The notes below the pieces were generated by a model that saw only the letters and a program-made list of their open reading frames with translations, ran no database searches and was not told the origin of the DNA. A program made the position numbers and the translations under genes. From Azolla caroliniana (Eukaryota > Plantae > Polypodiophyta), in NCBI GenBank assembly GCA_043228905.1, contig JBHGNT010000011.1:15686001-15750000 (forward strand): a stretch of DNA of 64,000 nt. Direction: 5' to 3'. Of the stretch, positions 52,401-64,000 are shown in pieces. Positions within the stretch are counted from its first letter, which is position 1. Every line of letters starts with the position of its first letter.

Positions 52401-54469
52401 GGTGAAAGGCGGCAAGGCAGACAACGGAAGCCAAAAGGGGAGGTCCCACAAAGATCCTCACACCGATCCGGCGGTCGGCCCGAGTGCCGACGTGAGTCCT
52501 ATAGGAGAGATCGGTGGCGGCAGGTGAACGTGATCAGACGACGGAAGAAGAGAAAGAAGGTATCTGGCCGGTGAGGCGGCTACGGACCATCTCAAACCTT
52601 CCGGCAAGGTTAGTGGGCGTAAGGAAGTCTGGTCCTACGGGATCCCCACACCGAACCAAAGACTCCAGTTGTTCGGCCAACGTGGCAACGTAAGACCGAG
52701 GGAGAAGGAAGGTGTCGGCGGGAAACGGGATCCGACTACGCGAAAGACACGAGGAGAGTCCGGGAGGGACTCAAACAAAGACACCCCGAATTTCGGCAAG
52801 TAGAGAAACGGAGTCCGGTCCTATGGGACCCTCACTCCGATCCGGAGACTCCGGCAGTTCCACCAAAGTGGCAACGTGAGACCTAGGGAGAAGGACGGTG
52901 GCGGCAGGGAACGTGACCCGGCGGCACGAGATAGCGGATCGGGAGTCGGTAAGACAGGGGGGTGGTCGAAGTGCGAAACCCTTACCGGCCAGTTACGGTT
53001 TCGGAAGGAGCCGGTAGGGGCAAACACGGGAAGGTGTGTCGGGCCGAAAAAGTGCACCCGGGACGGAACAAGAATCTCGCAAGTGGCCATCGCGGGCCGG
53101 ATCGAAGCGTGACTACGGGACGGAGTGCGGCACAGGCAGTGCCAGGCAATGGGCGAGGGTATGTGGCACACGGAGGGGCTGAAGCGGAAAGGTGAGCGCG
53201 AAGATGGGCTATACGGTTCGGAGGGAGCGCGTGGAAGGCCAGAGGAGGATCGTCCACACCGTTCCGGAGACCTTGGCGGTTCGAGCCGACGTGGCGACGT
53301 AAGACCATGGAGAAGGAAGGTGGCAGCGAGAGGACGAAGGCAACGCGAAACAAGATGGGATGGCAATCAAGACAACGCGAATGGTCGACGGAGGCCAAGC
53401 GGGCCAATCGGCAGCGAGCCGGGATGCAGATTACGTAAGACCGGTTTCTCACCGGCCGAAATCTCTCACCCTTCACCGGATTTGGCACGTACCGGTGGAC
53501 GTGCGGTTTGGTGGGGGCGGATGTCATGAAGAATTTCGGCTAGAGGCAGAAACCGGGAAATGTTGGCTACATCAACGGGGTGCAGCATGTGCGATCACCC
53601 TTGTACATTTAGTGTGAATAACGAGGGTGCCTTATGGCGCCGAAGAGTAGTCAAGTCGGGACAAAGAATCCCTTCACCGGATTTGGCACATACTGCTGGA
53701 CGTGCGGTTTGGTGGGGGTGGATGTCATGAAGAATTTCAGCTAGAGGCGGAAATTGGGAAATGTTGGCTACATCGACGGGGTGCAGCATGTGCGATCACC
53801 CTTGTACATTTAGTGTGAATAACGAGGGTGCCTTATGGCGCCAAAGAGTAGTCAAGTCGGGACAAAGAATCCCATGTAAATCAGGATTTATCCCACATTG
53901 TAACGCATCCCTCTCCTTGTTCTATAAAAGGAAGGGAGCGCCCTTTGTGAAGGGGTTGCCCGTTTTTGTGTTAGAGGGTGTACCGTTAGGTTTAGAGTTA
54001 GTTTTCTTCTTCTTCTTCGCGGGGAGGTTGACCGTTGAGGGTTGTCTTTGCTCGGTCTCCTGTGCAAGACCCCGCTCCGCGTGACGAGCCCGAGAGCTCC
54101 CGGGACGGCGGCTTGGCAGCAGACTACTGTTGTAACCTACCCTACCATGGTTCGGCTCAAAGCCGGGAATGTATTCTTCCCCTTTGTAATATACATAGTA
54201 GTATCCATCTGTGCATACTCGTGTCTTTGTTTGTGTGGGTGTTTTGGTGTTCCCTTCCCTGTGTTTCTGTGCATAAGGGTGTGAGTTGGTTCGGCGTGGT
54301 GTACGTGTGTGGGTGTGAGTCGGAGTCAAGCACACGTTCTCTCTCTTTCTCTCTCCCGTTCGGTGGCTTCCGGAACCCGCCGGGAATCGTCTTCTCGGCT
54401 TCCCTTCTTCCCTAGTCCGAGACCCCCGTGGTCCCGCCCTTCTACACGCACGCGCGTAACAACGCGACA
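49434..54469 (+). mobile_element. Nested non-autonomous gag-only LTR retroelement
   Basis: 747-bp LTRs 49434-50180 and 53723-54469 (TG...CA); ACGT duplicated at 49430-49433 and 54470-54473; PBS TGGTGAACCCGACGTGAA (50185-50202) complementary to tRNA-Trp; G-rich PPT before the 3' LTR; no pol motifs. Excision restores the copia frame ERNVSKG. Confidence 0.93.
50219..51361 (+). CDS. Gag-like protein of the nested element
   Basis: Open frame starting just after the PBS. FNGDKVPSYL...WETFEEALLKAYG is a gypsy-type capsid-like pattern, followed by an acidic low-complexity tail. Confidence 0.7.
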   Translation: MESEDDDLAVMVAEVVLESAQVVMRREAAQQAVERVVERVGCFNGDKVPSYLGAYNADIEERGVDEALRLEFFCRVVAVWMHAEVKKLREAHSSWETFEEALLKAYGGRRKSRGRHDFDQWVASAKTHWGATKAFREFERRLARLLEREQGLVGADKVLLFVRSIDRAEREAIGIELEDDDGANGLTKDWSKVGRVCQRLDDERAEKAKRKAHDGVPSHREEAERKRELARVNIEVRIAEAYPALEAMLEEEERSRPQAETGETIMPHEMAEDQYDGTTGEGAEQNTLSTCGELPTEDKVGSGEEPSTRIPETPAVVPVCRHETGEKGGANEESWHNASEDGWETACEEAEDGSGTGRSAFRFGWSVIRSWIVRSGPDLA

Positions 54470-54473
54470 ACGT

Positions 54474-56114
54474 TCCGCTCTTTCGGGAATGGGTGTCAGT
54501 GTTGCTTGTCGAATTAGCACGCTTCAGATACACCTTTAATCTCCTTCTCTTTGAATGTTGGGAGTCCGATGACGACTCCTTTCGATTTCATTGCTTTGAG
54601 CTTTTGGAGATTTATATGGCCAATCTGCTTGTGCCATAACTCTATGTCGGAGTCGGCTTTCATGCCATTTGCGAACATGGCCAATTTCATCTCGTGTGAG
54701 TCGAGAATGAACATTTGGCCCTCTCTTCGTCCGTGTGCAATGAGTTGGCCCTCTTTTTCGATGAAGCAACCGCCTTGATTAAATCAAACTTGCATCCCTT
54801 GCTCTACAATTTGGCCGATGAAGACCAAATTCTTCGTAATGGTCGGTACATGCAAGACATTTTTAATGTAATTTTGCTTACCTTCTTTTCCGAATGGAAC
54901 ATTGCTGATGTGCCGAATTGGGTGCGTAGTGTTGTCTCCGGTTTCGACATAGCTGGGTCGGTCCAGCTCTCGAAGTTATCGAAACCATTCTTGATATGAT
55001 GTCATATGGTTCGAGGCACCGGAATCGACGAACCATACGTCTTCCGGACCGGAGGCACTAGTTGAGGTAGAGGCCGACATAGAGTTTGCTCTATGTTTTT
55101 CATCATGAACATTCCGCCACGGTCGGAGTTGTGTGCATACATTCCGCCACGATCTTCGTAGTCGGAGTTGTGCCCGTACATTCCACCACAGTCGGAGTTG
55201 TGTGCATACATTCCGCCACGATCTTTGTAGTCGGAGTTGTGTGCGTAATTCATGAGTTGTCGGCTTGTGGAAGCCGTTTCACGCATCTTCTTTCGACACT
55301 CTTCTTCGTGGTGGCCAAGCTTTCTGCAATATCCACATTCGGTTGCGTTTTGACGGCTCGGCCCGGAGTGGAAGCTCCCCCTTCTTGCGAAGGTTCCTCA
55401 TTGGCTTCCATTTTGTGGCCGAAATTGGGAGTTCTTATCGTAGGTCGAACCTCGTCCGCCTTGTCCTTGGCCGAATCGGCCTCTCGACCGTCTGCGTCCT
55501 CTTCCTCCGTTCGAGTGTGTGTAGAGCATGTGGCCTTCCGACTCATTGCTCTTTGTACGCACGTGGTTTTCTTTGACCAATAGCATTGATTGGAGCTCGA
55601 AGGAGGGAGATTTCTCTCGTGCTAGAATGGCAGTTCGCATCACGCCAAACCATGGTGCGAGGCCGTCGAGGCATATTTGCACCATCTCATCATCATCGAT
55701 ATTTACGCTTATTGAGCCGAGTGAATCGCAAAGCTCCTTGATCTTCGAGGTGTATGTCGTGATGGACCTGTCCCTTTGTTGAATGTTATTCAACTCTTGG
55801 CTTAGTTGAAGCCTTCTTACGGTTGTGTTCGCCGAGAAAATCTTTCGTAGATTTTCCCATGCCTCCTTCAGCGTCTTAGCTTCGCGAATGTAGCCGAGCA
55901 TGTGATCGTCAACACATGTCGCCAAGCAATAAATCACGCGGCTTGTGGCTTGCTCCCATGTCGCGTATCCGGGAGCCGCTTCGGCGGGTTGGTCTTCATG
56001 CGCTCCTTTGATGTAGCTCCAATAGCCTTGTCCGACAAGGTATTGGTGCATCTTGTACTCCCAAGATGCGAAGTTGTTTCGATCCAACTTCTCGGTAGGG
56101 AGAGCGCTCCCCAT
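54474..56114 (-). pseudogene. Copia gag, zinc knuckle, protease and GAG-pre-integrase, disrupted
   Basis: EKLDRNNFASWEYKM, CGYCRKLGHHEEEC, WFVDSGASNHM, LWHKQIGHIN. Confidence 0.9.
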
Positions 56115-56344
56115 TTGAGTATTTATTATGTCGATTCTTCTTCTTCTTCTTCTTCTCTCTTCGAATGCGAGCTATGTAGCGAAGCGACGATAGCGATGAG
56201 CCAGTTCTTGGTCGTCGGCGTGGAGCACAACACACGATCACGATGAGGCGAATGGGCTAGATCGAGCTACCAAATCGCTCTAATACCATGTAAAGAATCA
56301 GATATGATTCTTGTGAAGCGGAAGAGATGTGAGTTATGTGTGTG

Positions 56345-56379
<35 letters not shown>

Positions 56380-57568
56380 AGGAGTAAGACACAGAGAATA
56401 CGCAAGGTAAAAGTATATTAACAAAGGAGAAAGACTCGACTCCAATACAAGGTGGGAGGAGGGTGCTTTATATAGTCACCCTCTCTCTTCATTAACTACA
56501 AGACTCATGGAGCATGGGGAATGTGAAAGCTCATAAGTTATGTGTCATAGAATATGATTCTATGACTCATACTAAATGCTAGAATACAAAGAGGTGACAT
56601 AATGGTGACTCTTGACCGTTGGAGTGTCTATTCACTCTCAAGGTGAGTTCACACACTAGACCAAGTTGAGCTTGATTCTCAACACTATGATATGTATTTT
56701 CATTAGTATTTGAGTCGTAAACAACTACATTTGATGTGATGCATATTTTATTACATCTTTGCATGTGTATAAAGCCGACTATCAAGGGTGGTTCTTTTAA
56801 TCATCACCAATATCCCTCATGTGAACAATGTTGTTGTATATTTGTTCTATGTTTTAGGGATGGATTATTGTTCCTTTTGAAGTTCATATAAATATGATTA
56901 TTTATAGAAAATCTCACCTATAGTAATTTGCATCACGCAACAAAGTAAAGTTTATTTCAAGAATTCTCATTAGCAAGCTAAAACAATTCCCTTGTCTTAA
57001 TTGTATGTACAAGTTATGCTCATAATTGACAACTCATGTTATACCTATAAGTCTCGACTTGGCCACCATGGGCTTTATCTTTATATTGTTTAATATCGAT
57101 ATGGTATATGCAGTTGTTCATAGGTCAACGACACGAATGCCCATTTGCACCATCACACCAACATGTGAGACAAGTTTGCAACCCTATCTTGGATGAGAAT
57201 GCCCCAAGAGCCATTTTAGCTTTCATGTTAAGTATCTGAGTTTGATGGGCATTAACCCTAACCAATTAAGATAGCCATTACACATTATCTTATATTTGTT
57301 CATACCATCTTGACTTGCTTAGCCTTAACCATCAAGTTAGGATAAATTATCTTTTCCAAAACTTGCATTTTCATAGCTGCTTCATTTGTTGTCAATATCG
57401 TCAAGTGAGCTTGCCATTAATGGTTAAGTTAACAATATCATTGAGCTTTAAAGTAGGTGTAATGAGTTCCCCTCAATGTACGGGGGAGTTAGGAACATAT
57501 CTTCATGTAGACATAATTTCCCACATGAATGATTATGCTTCCTCTTGTACTTTGTTCTTGTCAATCAT

Positions 57569-60360
57569 TGTTGAGAATCAAGCTCAACCTAAAATTGTGT
57601 GTGAACACACCATTTGAGAATCTATTAGCACTCAAAGGTCAAGAGTCATACCACTCTCTACACATTAACTATGTGTCATAGAATCATATTCTATGACACA
57701 TAACTAATGAGTTCCATATTCCCCATGACTAATGAGTCTTCACATTCCTCAAGGTTCTAGAGAGAGAGAGTGGACATTGTAGTGAGTTAATGAAGAGAGA
57801 GGGTGACCTTATATAAAGCACCCTTTTCCTACTTCATAAAGGGTCGGTTGTGACTCCTTGTAATGCTACATTTTTGTATCTCATATTCTTCTTGTGAATA
57901 TACACCTTCTTCTTGAGTATTCTATCTTCTATTCTATCTAATCTATCTTGTGTTTTCTCTTCTCTCCTCTCTTTCCTCTCACATATACACATAACATACA
58001 TCTCTTCCGCTGCATAAGAATCATATCCGATTCTTTACATGGTATTAGAGCAGTTTGGTAGCTCAATCTAGCCCATCTACATGTGTGTGTTCTACGACGA
58101 CGTTCAAGAAGAACCGACTCATCGTTATCGTAGTGCGACTACATAACTCGTGTTCAAGAGAGAAGGAAAAGAAGAAGGATATCTTCATCAACAATGAATA
58201 CTCAAATGGGGAGTGCTCTCCCTAGCGAGAAGTTAGATAGAAACAACTTTCCATCTTGGGAGTACAAGATGCACCAATGCCTTGTCGGTCAAGGGTATTA
58301 GAGCTACATAAAAGGAGCACAAGAAAATCGGCCCGACTCGAAAGATGCTGACTACTTAACATGGAAGCAAGCAACAAGCCGAGTGATGTATTGCTTGGCG
58401 ACATGTGTTCATGACCAAATGCTCGGCTACATTCGAGAAGTCAAGACGCCGAAAGAAGCACGGGAGAATCTCAAGAAGATATTCGCCGCCGACATGACAG
58501 GACGAAAGCTTCAACTCCGCCAAGAGTTGAGCAACATCCAACAAAGGGATATGTCCATCACAAGCTACACCTTGAAAATCAAGGAGCTTTGTGACTCATT
58601 CGGCTCAATAAGCAGATTCAATGTGGAGGATGATGTGATGATGCAAATATGCCTCGGTGGTCTTGCACCACAGTTCGGAGCAGTGAGGACCGCCGTACTA
58701 ACAGAAGAGAATCCTCCCTCTTTCTTTGATCTTCAATCCATGTTGTTGGTTGAAGAAAACCATGTTTGAACAAGGATCAATGACTCGGAAGGTTCGTGTG
58801 AGTCGAAATGTAGTCTTCGACAAATCGACATCATGGTACGAACCCGAACAGACTCCTCCCGTATCATTTCTAGTTGACCTGGAATCCGCCAAACAAGAGA
58901 TAGAAGATGGAGATCGACTAGAACACATGTTCGAAGAATGCCTGATTACAACAAGGCTTAGTGGGCCACGTGAGCCCTCGAGCGACCAAAGCACATCTCG
59001 GCCTAGTCCGAAGATGGACAAAGGCAAGGTGAAAATGTCGGAATATGAAGATGATCACTTCAACGACAACGAATTGACTCACTCCCTCGACAGTGAGTTC
59101 AGTGGCTTCGATGTACCTCCTAGCATAAAGAAAGTGATTGCCACAACAAATGAAAAACTCAATCGCTCCCCCCGTGAGAAAAATCCTATTAGCCAATTAA
59201 GCTACAATGATTATATGGCATACCACTATGCCTTTATGATGAAGGTGGCGACAATTCGAGAACCAGAAAGTTTTTCGGAAGTAGCCAAGGATCCACGATG
59301 GGTCAAAGCAATGAACAAGGAGATGCGGGCACTATGTAAGAACGAGACATGGGATCTCGTTCCCCACTCACCACACAAGAAGGCAATCGGTTGTAGATGG
59401 ATTTACAAGGTGAAGTATAATGTTGACGGCTCTGTCAACCGCTACAAAGCTCGACTCATAGCGAAAGGATACACACAAACACATGGAGTTGACTATGAAG
59501 AGACCTTTGCCCCGGTGGCAAAGATGACGACTGTGTGGACCGTAATTGCACTTGTAGTGTCGAAAGGATGGCACCTCCATCAGATGGACGTTAATAACGC
59601 CTTTCTTCAAGGAGAATTAGAAGAGGTGTACATGGTACAACCACCCGGCTTCGAATCCAACATTTATCCGAAAGTTGGTTGTCGACTCAAGAAGCCTCTC
59701 TATGACCTCAAGCAAGCACCATGTGCTTGGCATTCAAAGATAACACAATATCTTCATCGAATCGGCTTTCGAATGTCGAAATCAGACAACTCCCTCTACG
59801 TACAAAACGACTCTGAAAGACCGATCGTCATCATCTTATATGTGGATGATATGGTCATTGGAGTTGAAAGTCTAGTCGACATCAACAAGGTCAAGTCCCT
59901 CCTCTCCAACAAATTCGAGATGAAGGACATGAAGGAGCTCCATTACTTCCTTGGCATCGAGGTAATTCGGACTCCAATCGGCATTATGATCTCTCAACGA
60001 CACTATGTCCTCAACTTGTTATACAAGTTCAGGATGACTGATTGCAAATTTGTGGTAACCCCTCTCGATCGAAACCTCAAACTGAATGTCGACTCCGGCA
60101 CGAAAGAGTGCGAGCCGACTCAGTATCGACAACTAATCAGGAGCCTCATCTACCTCACGATCACTCGACCCAACCTGAGTTATCCGGTCGGCCTCCTTAG
60201 CCAATTCATGCAAACTCCACGAGATATCCATTTGGATTGTGCTAAGTGAGTATTATGATACATGAGCGGCACAATGGATTGTGGTATTCTCTACGAATCA
60301 GCCACACCAATTCAACTCGAAGGGTACACAAATGTTGACTGGGCCAGCTACAGAGCCGAT
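57569..60360 (+). mobile_element. Second copia of a related subfamily: LTR, PBS, gag, internal deletion, RT; 3'-truncated
   Basis: LTR 57569-58039; PBS TGGTATTAGAGC at 58040; gag 58207-58769 joined at ~58775 directly to the integrase C-terminus (KVRVSRNVVFD); RT motif YVDD; sequence breaks off early in RNase H. Confidence 0.92.
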
Positions 60361-61298
60361 GTGCTTATTTAAAATTTATTAAATAATAATTGAACAATTT
60401 TCATGATTGGATTCCCCATTTTTTACATAAAATGTCTTTGCGCAATGTGAGAATTGTTGTCATTACGAGAACTATCATATACAAATATCCATAGTGCAAT
60501 GAAAGCATAACAACATGGGCCTACAATTCTAACTTTTCAAGTCGTTCTTTGTGTGATGATGTGTACAATATCTCTTTGTAACAAAACTAAAATTATTTTC
60601 TCTCATATAGATGATATTGGAAAAGACTAGAATTCAAACAAGTTGATGAATGGGCACGTGGGTGGGCACCGTTGAAGCATCATCCAAATACTAAACAACC
60701 TACCTTTGGAATTGAACTTTGAATGAATATTCCTACAAGGTTCATATATCTAATTGCAAAATGGAGGCCTTGTCTTTTGTAGGAAGTGTGAAAATCAACA
60801 TGTCTCAAATAAAATGAATACATTTGTCCATAATGATGTGACAAAAAAATAAGAATACGAATGTCTTGAATAACAATTACAACAAACAATTGTATAATTA
60901 TGTTGACCTTATCTATGAAGCTCTCAAAGACTAACAATAGTAACTCAGATTTGAGGCCATGAGGGCCTTAGATTTCAATAAACCGCAAGACTTTATGTAA
61001 AGAGGACACTTGCCTTCAAAAAATCGTATTTTGAATTGTTGAGTTCATTTTTCTATTGTGATGTATTTGCATAAATATATAATGAGGTTTTAATGTTGGT
61101 GAGAATTCTTATCAAAAGAATATGAAAGGATCGTGAAGCTTACAAACAAAAGCACATAAGTGCACATGTGTTTTTATTTCTGGATAATATGTACAGAAAA
61201 TAAGAAGGTAGAATTATTTTAGAACGAAATCAAGTTATGGCATTGATGGAAATACCAACTTGACAAAAAAACTTCACATTGACAATGAGATAATGTGA

Positions 61299-61521
61299 AG
61301 CTTGTTTTATTGAAAATGAGTTACAATGAGTGGAGTTTCATGTCGTATGGTACAAAGGAATATTTTTAAGGTGGAGTGGTTGTACTCTACACCAAAGTAT
61401 TTATTTAAGCCGACAATCAGAACTTAGGAGAGGGGGTCTTTACTTAAATGTATGTATTTCATGTATAGCCTTAGGCCATTTTCTTAATACTAATGTTACA
61501 CCTTTCTTGGGAAAAAAAAAA
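61299..61521 (+). mobile_element. Short L1 3' remnant
   Basis: FHVVWYKG...YSTPKYLF resembles the ORF2 end; A10 tail; candidate TSD GAGAT(A/C)ATGTGA at 61287-61298 and 61522-61533. Confidence 0.6.
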
Positions 61522-62301
61522 GAGATCATGTGATGGCGACAAATGATAGATGGGTTGGAAACACTTTGATAGAGACATATAGGATAGGAGAGAAGAAAAA
61601 GAAAGGGAGGAATATCATATGTGAACGAGATGTCTAACTAAAGTATCCATCATAGATAATAATCTATTTAGAATATGCGTACTAAGGTTGTTCCCATACT
61701 GTAGTATATGGGAATCACATCACCTTTTGTGCATTTTTGGAGTAAAAACCTACTTGGGCACATATCAACAATAATTGACTTACTTTCCCTACCTTTCTTT
61801 GTTTTTTTGTAGTTTCTCTCTTATATATCTAGACAAAACAACCAAACAAAACAAATGTGGCACCTATTCCAGCCAATAACAAGCTTGGCCCCATGCACAA
61901 AAGAGTAAATGTGGCTTATTGATCCACCTAGAGGTGAATATATCTTTTCAAATGTCAGCATTTCAATGGACTACCCACTCTTCTCCTCTCCCTCTAAGGA
62001 AGTATGGAAGAAGTCCAAACATATAAATATTAAACACGGAGCTTTGATAACGTTTGCTACAAACATGGCACTTTGATAATGTTGGGTACATGATTCATGA
62101 TGAAGTATTTTACACTCTCTAAATTGGTCTTGGCAAGAATAAAAAGTATAAATATTTGCAAAGAGGTAATAGTTAAATATGTATCAAGTCTTAAAAAAAT
62201 GCTAGATGGTGTTGTGGCAAAGGCAACAACATCATTCAAACATGAGTATAAGCTTATATTAAGGTATTCAAGTTTCAACAATAGAATATGCAATATATGA
62301 T

Positions 62302-62752
62302 TGTAAAGAATCGGATATGATTCTTGTGCAGCGGAAGAGGTGTGTGTTATGTGTATGTGTGAGAGGAAAGAGAGGAGAGAAGAGAAAACACAAGGTAGAT
62401 TAGATAGAATGGAAGATAGAATACTCAAGAAGAAGGTGTATATTCACAAGGAGAATATAAGATACAAGGAGTCACAACCGACCCTTTATGAAGTAGGAGA
62501 AGGGTGCTTTATATAAGGTCACCCCCTCTCTTCATTAACTCACTACAATGTCCACTCTCTCTAGAACCTTGAGGAATGTGAAGACTCATTAGTCATTGGG
62601 AATATGGAACTCATTAGTTATGTGGCATAGAATATGATTCTATGACACATAGTTAATGTGTAGAGAGTGGTATGACTCTTGACCTTTGAGTGCTAATAGA
62701 TTCTCAAAGGGTGTGTTCACACATAATGTTAGGTTGAGCTTGATTCTCAACA
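62302..62752 (-). mobile_element. Copia LTR, inverted relative to and highly similar to 57569-58039
   Basis: TG...CA termini. Flanks do not match each other (GGTAG 5', ATCAT 3' on the minus strand). No adjacent PPT or PBS. Confidence 0.93.
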
Positions 62753-64000
62753 CTACCGTTACATTCCAAGACATTAGTAATGACCTTTCAAGTTTCGCTG
62801 AATACTGAAAGAAGGGAACCTTTATGGTTTGTTTCCCCAAGGAGTGTGACTAGAACCAATCCCATGGATCCCATAGTAAACTTGCAACATGTTCTTTTGC
62901 ATACAACCACATCATATCACACATGTGAGCGATGGAAGGATCAAGCAACCACTCCTTTCCAATTTTCGCAGCCACTCACACTAGTGCGCTTCCACAAGTG
63001 TTGTAGATATTTGTAGTCAAAGGCATAAGGTTGCAATTTGTTGTTGTCAAGAACTTCAAAATAAGAAATGCACCCATTAGCTGATACATTCTTGACTGCC
63101 AACACATCAACCAATATCTTTCGCACTTAGTAGGAAATTCATCAACCCGAAATGTTGATGTCAGAACTTCACATCTAATACACTCTTATACTCATCTTGT
63201 CTCATATTAATCCAAAATGGTGGTCATCTTGAACATCTACACTGTGCAATTCATTTGGTCAAGTTGCTCTCCAAAAGGAGTCGCAAGTGTATTCTCCATG
63301 AACTCATAATACTTACCTTAAATGTTATTGCTTCTTGAATCTACTCCTTACCCTTGTAGTCTAACAAGTAGAAAACAAGATCTTGTGAAGATAATCGACA
63401 ATACAAAATAGAAGGATAAAGATAGAATATGTTACACAAAGTGTTAAAGCACGATTACAATTAAACGATGACACAATGGAGCTATATGCTCATTTTCTCC
63501 TAAGAGAGCAAATTCAAATAGAACGCAACGGCCTGAAGACATAAGTCCTTACTTTTTTAGCCAATGTGTTTTTTGATCCATTAGGTTGCTAACCTAGTGA
63601 ACAACTCAACTACATTATTAATTTTCAAACCACTTCTATATGCTAATCATTTTCGAATATTCACGCCAACAAGAACCATCTTTAGTTAAGTACATTTTCC
63701 AATTATCTATTTATGTAATGTTACTTGATAGGGTAGACATCTAAATTGGTTAATAACGCATTTCATTAACATTGTCATTTAAGGGGCAATGCCATCATTT
63801 TCACTCATATTATGGAAAATTAATGTGTCAATTTGTTTAGGAACAACCTCGGTGTGCATGGTCTTTTGACTAGAATTACAAACAAATTTTCGTAATTCAA
63901 ATAATTATCAAAATTGTTGCATCTATTCACTATAATTCTTGGAGATGTTTTATGTCTCTTACTTATATAATATATTTACAAATGTTGCATGCTTTCACAA

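Larger units (their letters stand above)
46037..56684 (-). mobile_element. Ty1/copia LTR retrotransposon with both LTRs
   Basis: LTRs 56289-56684 and 46037-46465 (TG...CA); TSD CTATG (46032-46036, 56685-56689); tRNA-iMet-type PBS TGGTATTAGAGC (56277-56288); PPT GAGGGGGCG next to 46465. Confidence 0.97.

Noticed and set aside
51400-53617. Many overlapping ORFs and a repeat-spacer pattern reminiscent of CRISPR or a foreign GC-rich insert
   Set aside because: Lies inside a eukaryotic LTR element; units are diverged with irregular spacing, there are no cas genes, and ORF density reflects high GC.

Overview
Repeat-rich land-plant nuclear DNA. The LINE and LTR types hint at a seed-free lineage such as a fern, but that is inference. 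Two intact host genes are present: a 23-exon full-size ABCG/PDR transporter of the ABCG31/PDR3 type (+, 15393-26278) and a GPI-anchored X8-domain PDCB-like gene (-, 37332-39508). There is also one tRNA-Ala(AGC) gene. Most of the rest is transposon-derived: a Mutator-like MITE; a full-length L1 LINE with a 17-bp TSD; a truncated L1 carrying a solo LTR; several LINE 3' remnants; an RTE-X-like LINE; an intact-ended Ty1/copia element; a gag-only, tRNA-Trp-primed LTR element nested in that copia; and a second copia whose flanks indicate an LTR-mediated inversion. The most notable signals are (i) unassigned extra protein segments in the L1 ORFs and a shared ACTAA(T/G) motif before five LINE tails, (ii) the gag-only element with a 4-bp TSD and internal repeats that echo its own PBS, (iii) the swapped-TSD inversion, (iv) a 365-bp TSD-less foldback, and (v) an unusual tRNA-Ala context. 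All calls were made by eye; no searches were run.
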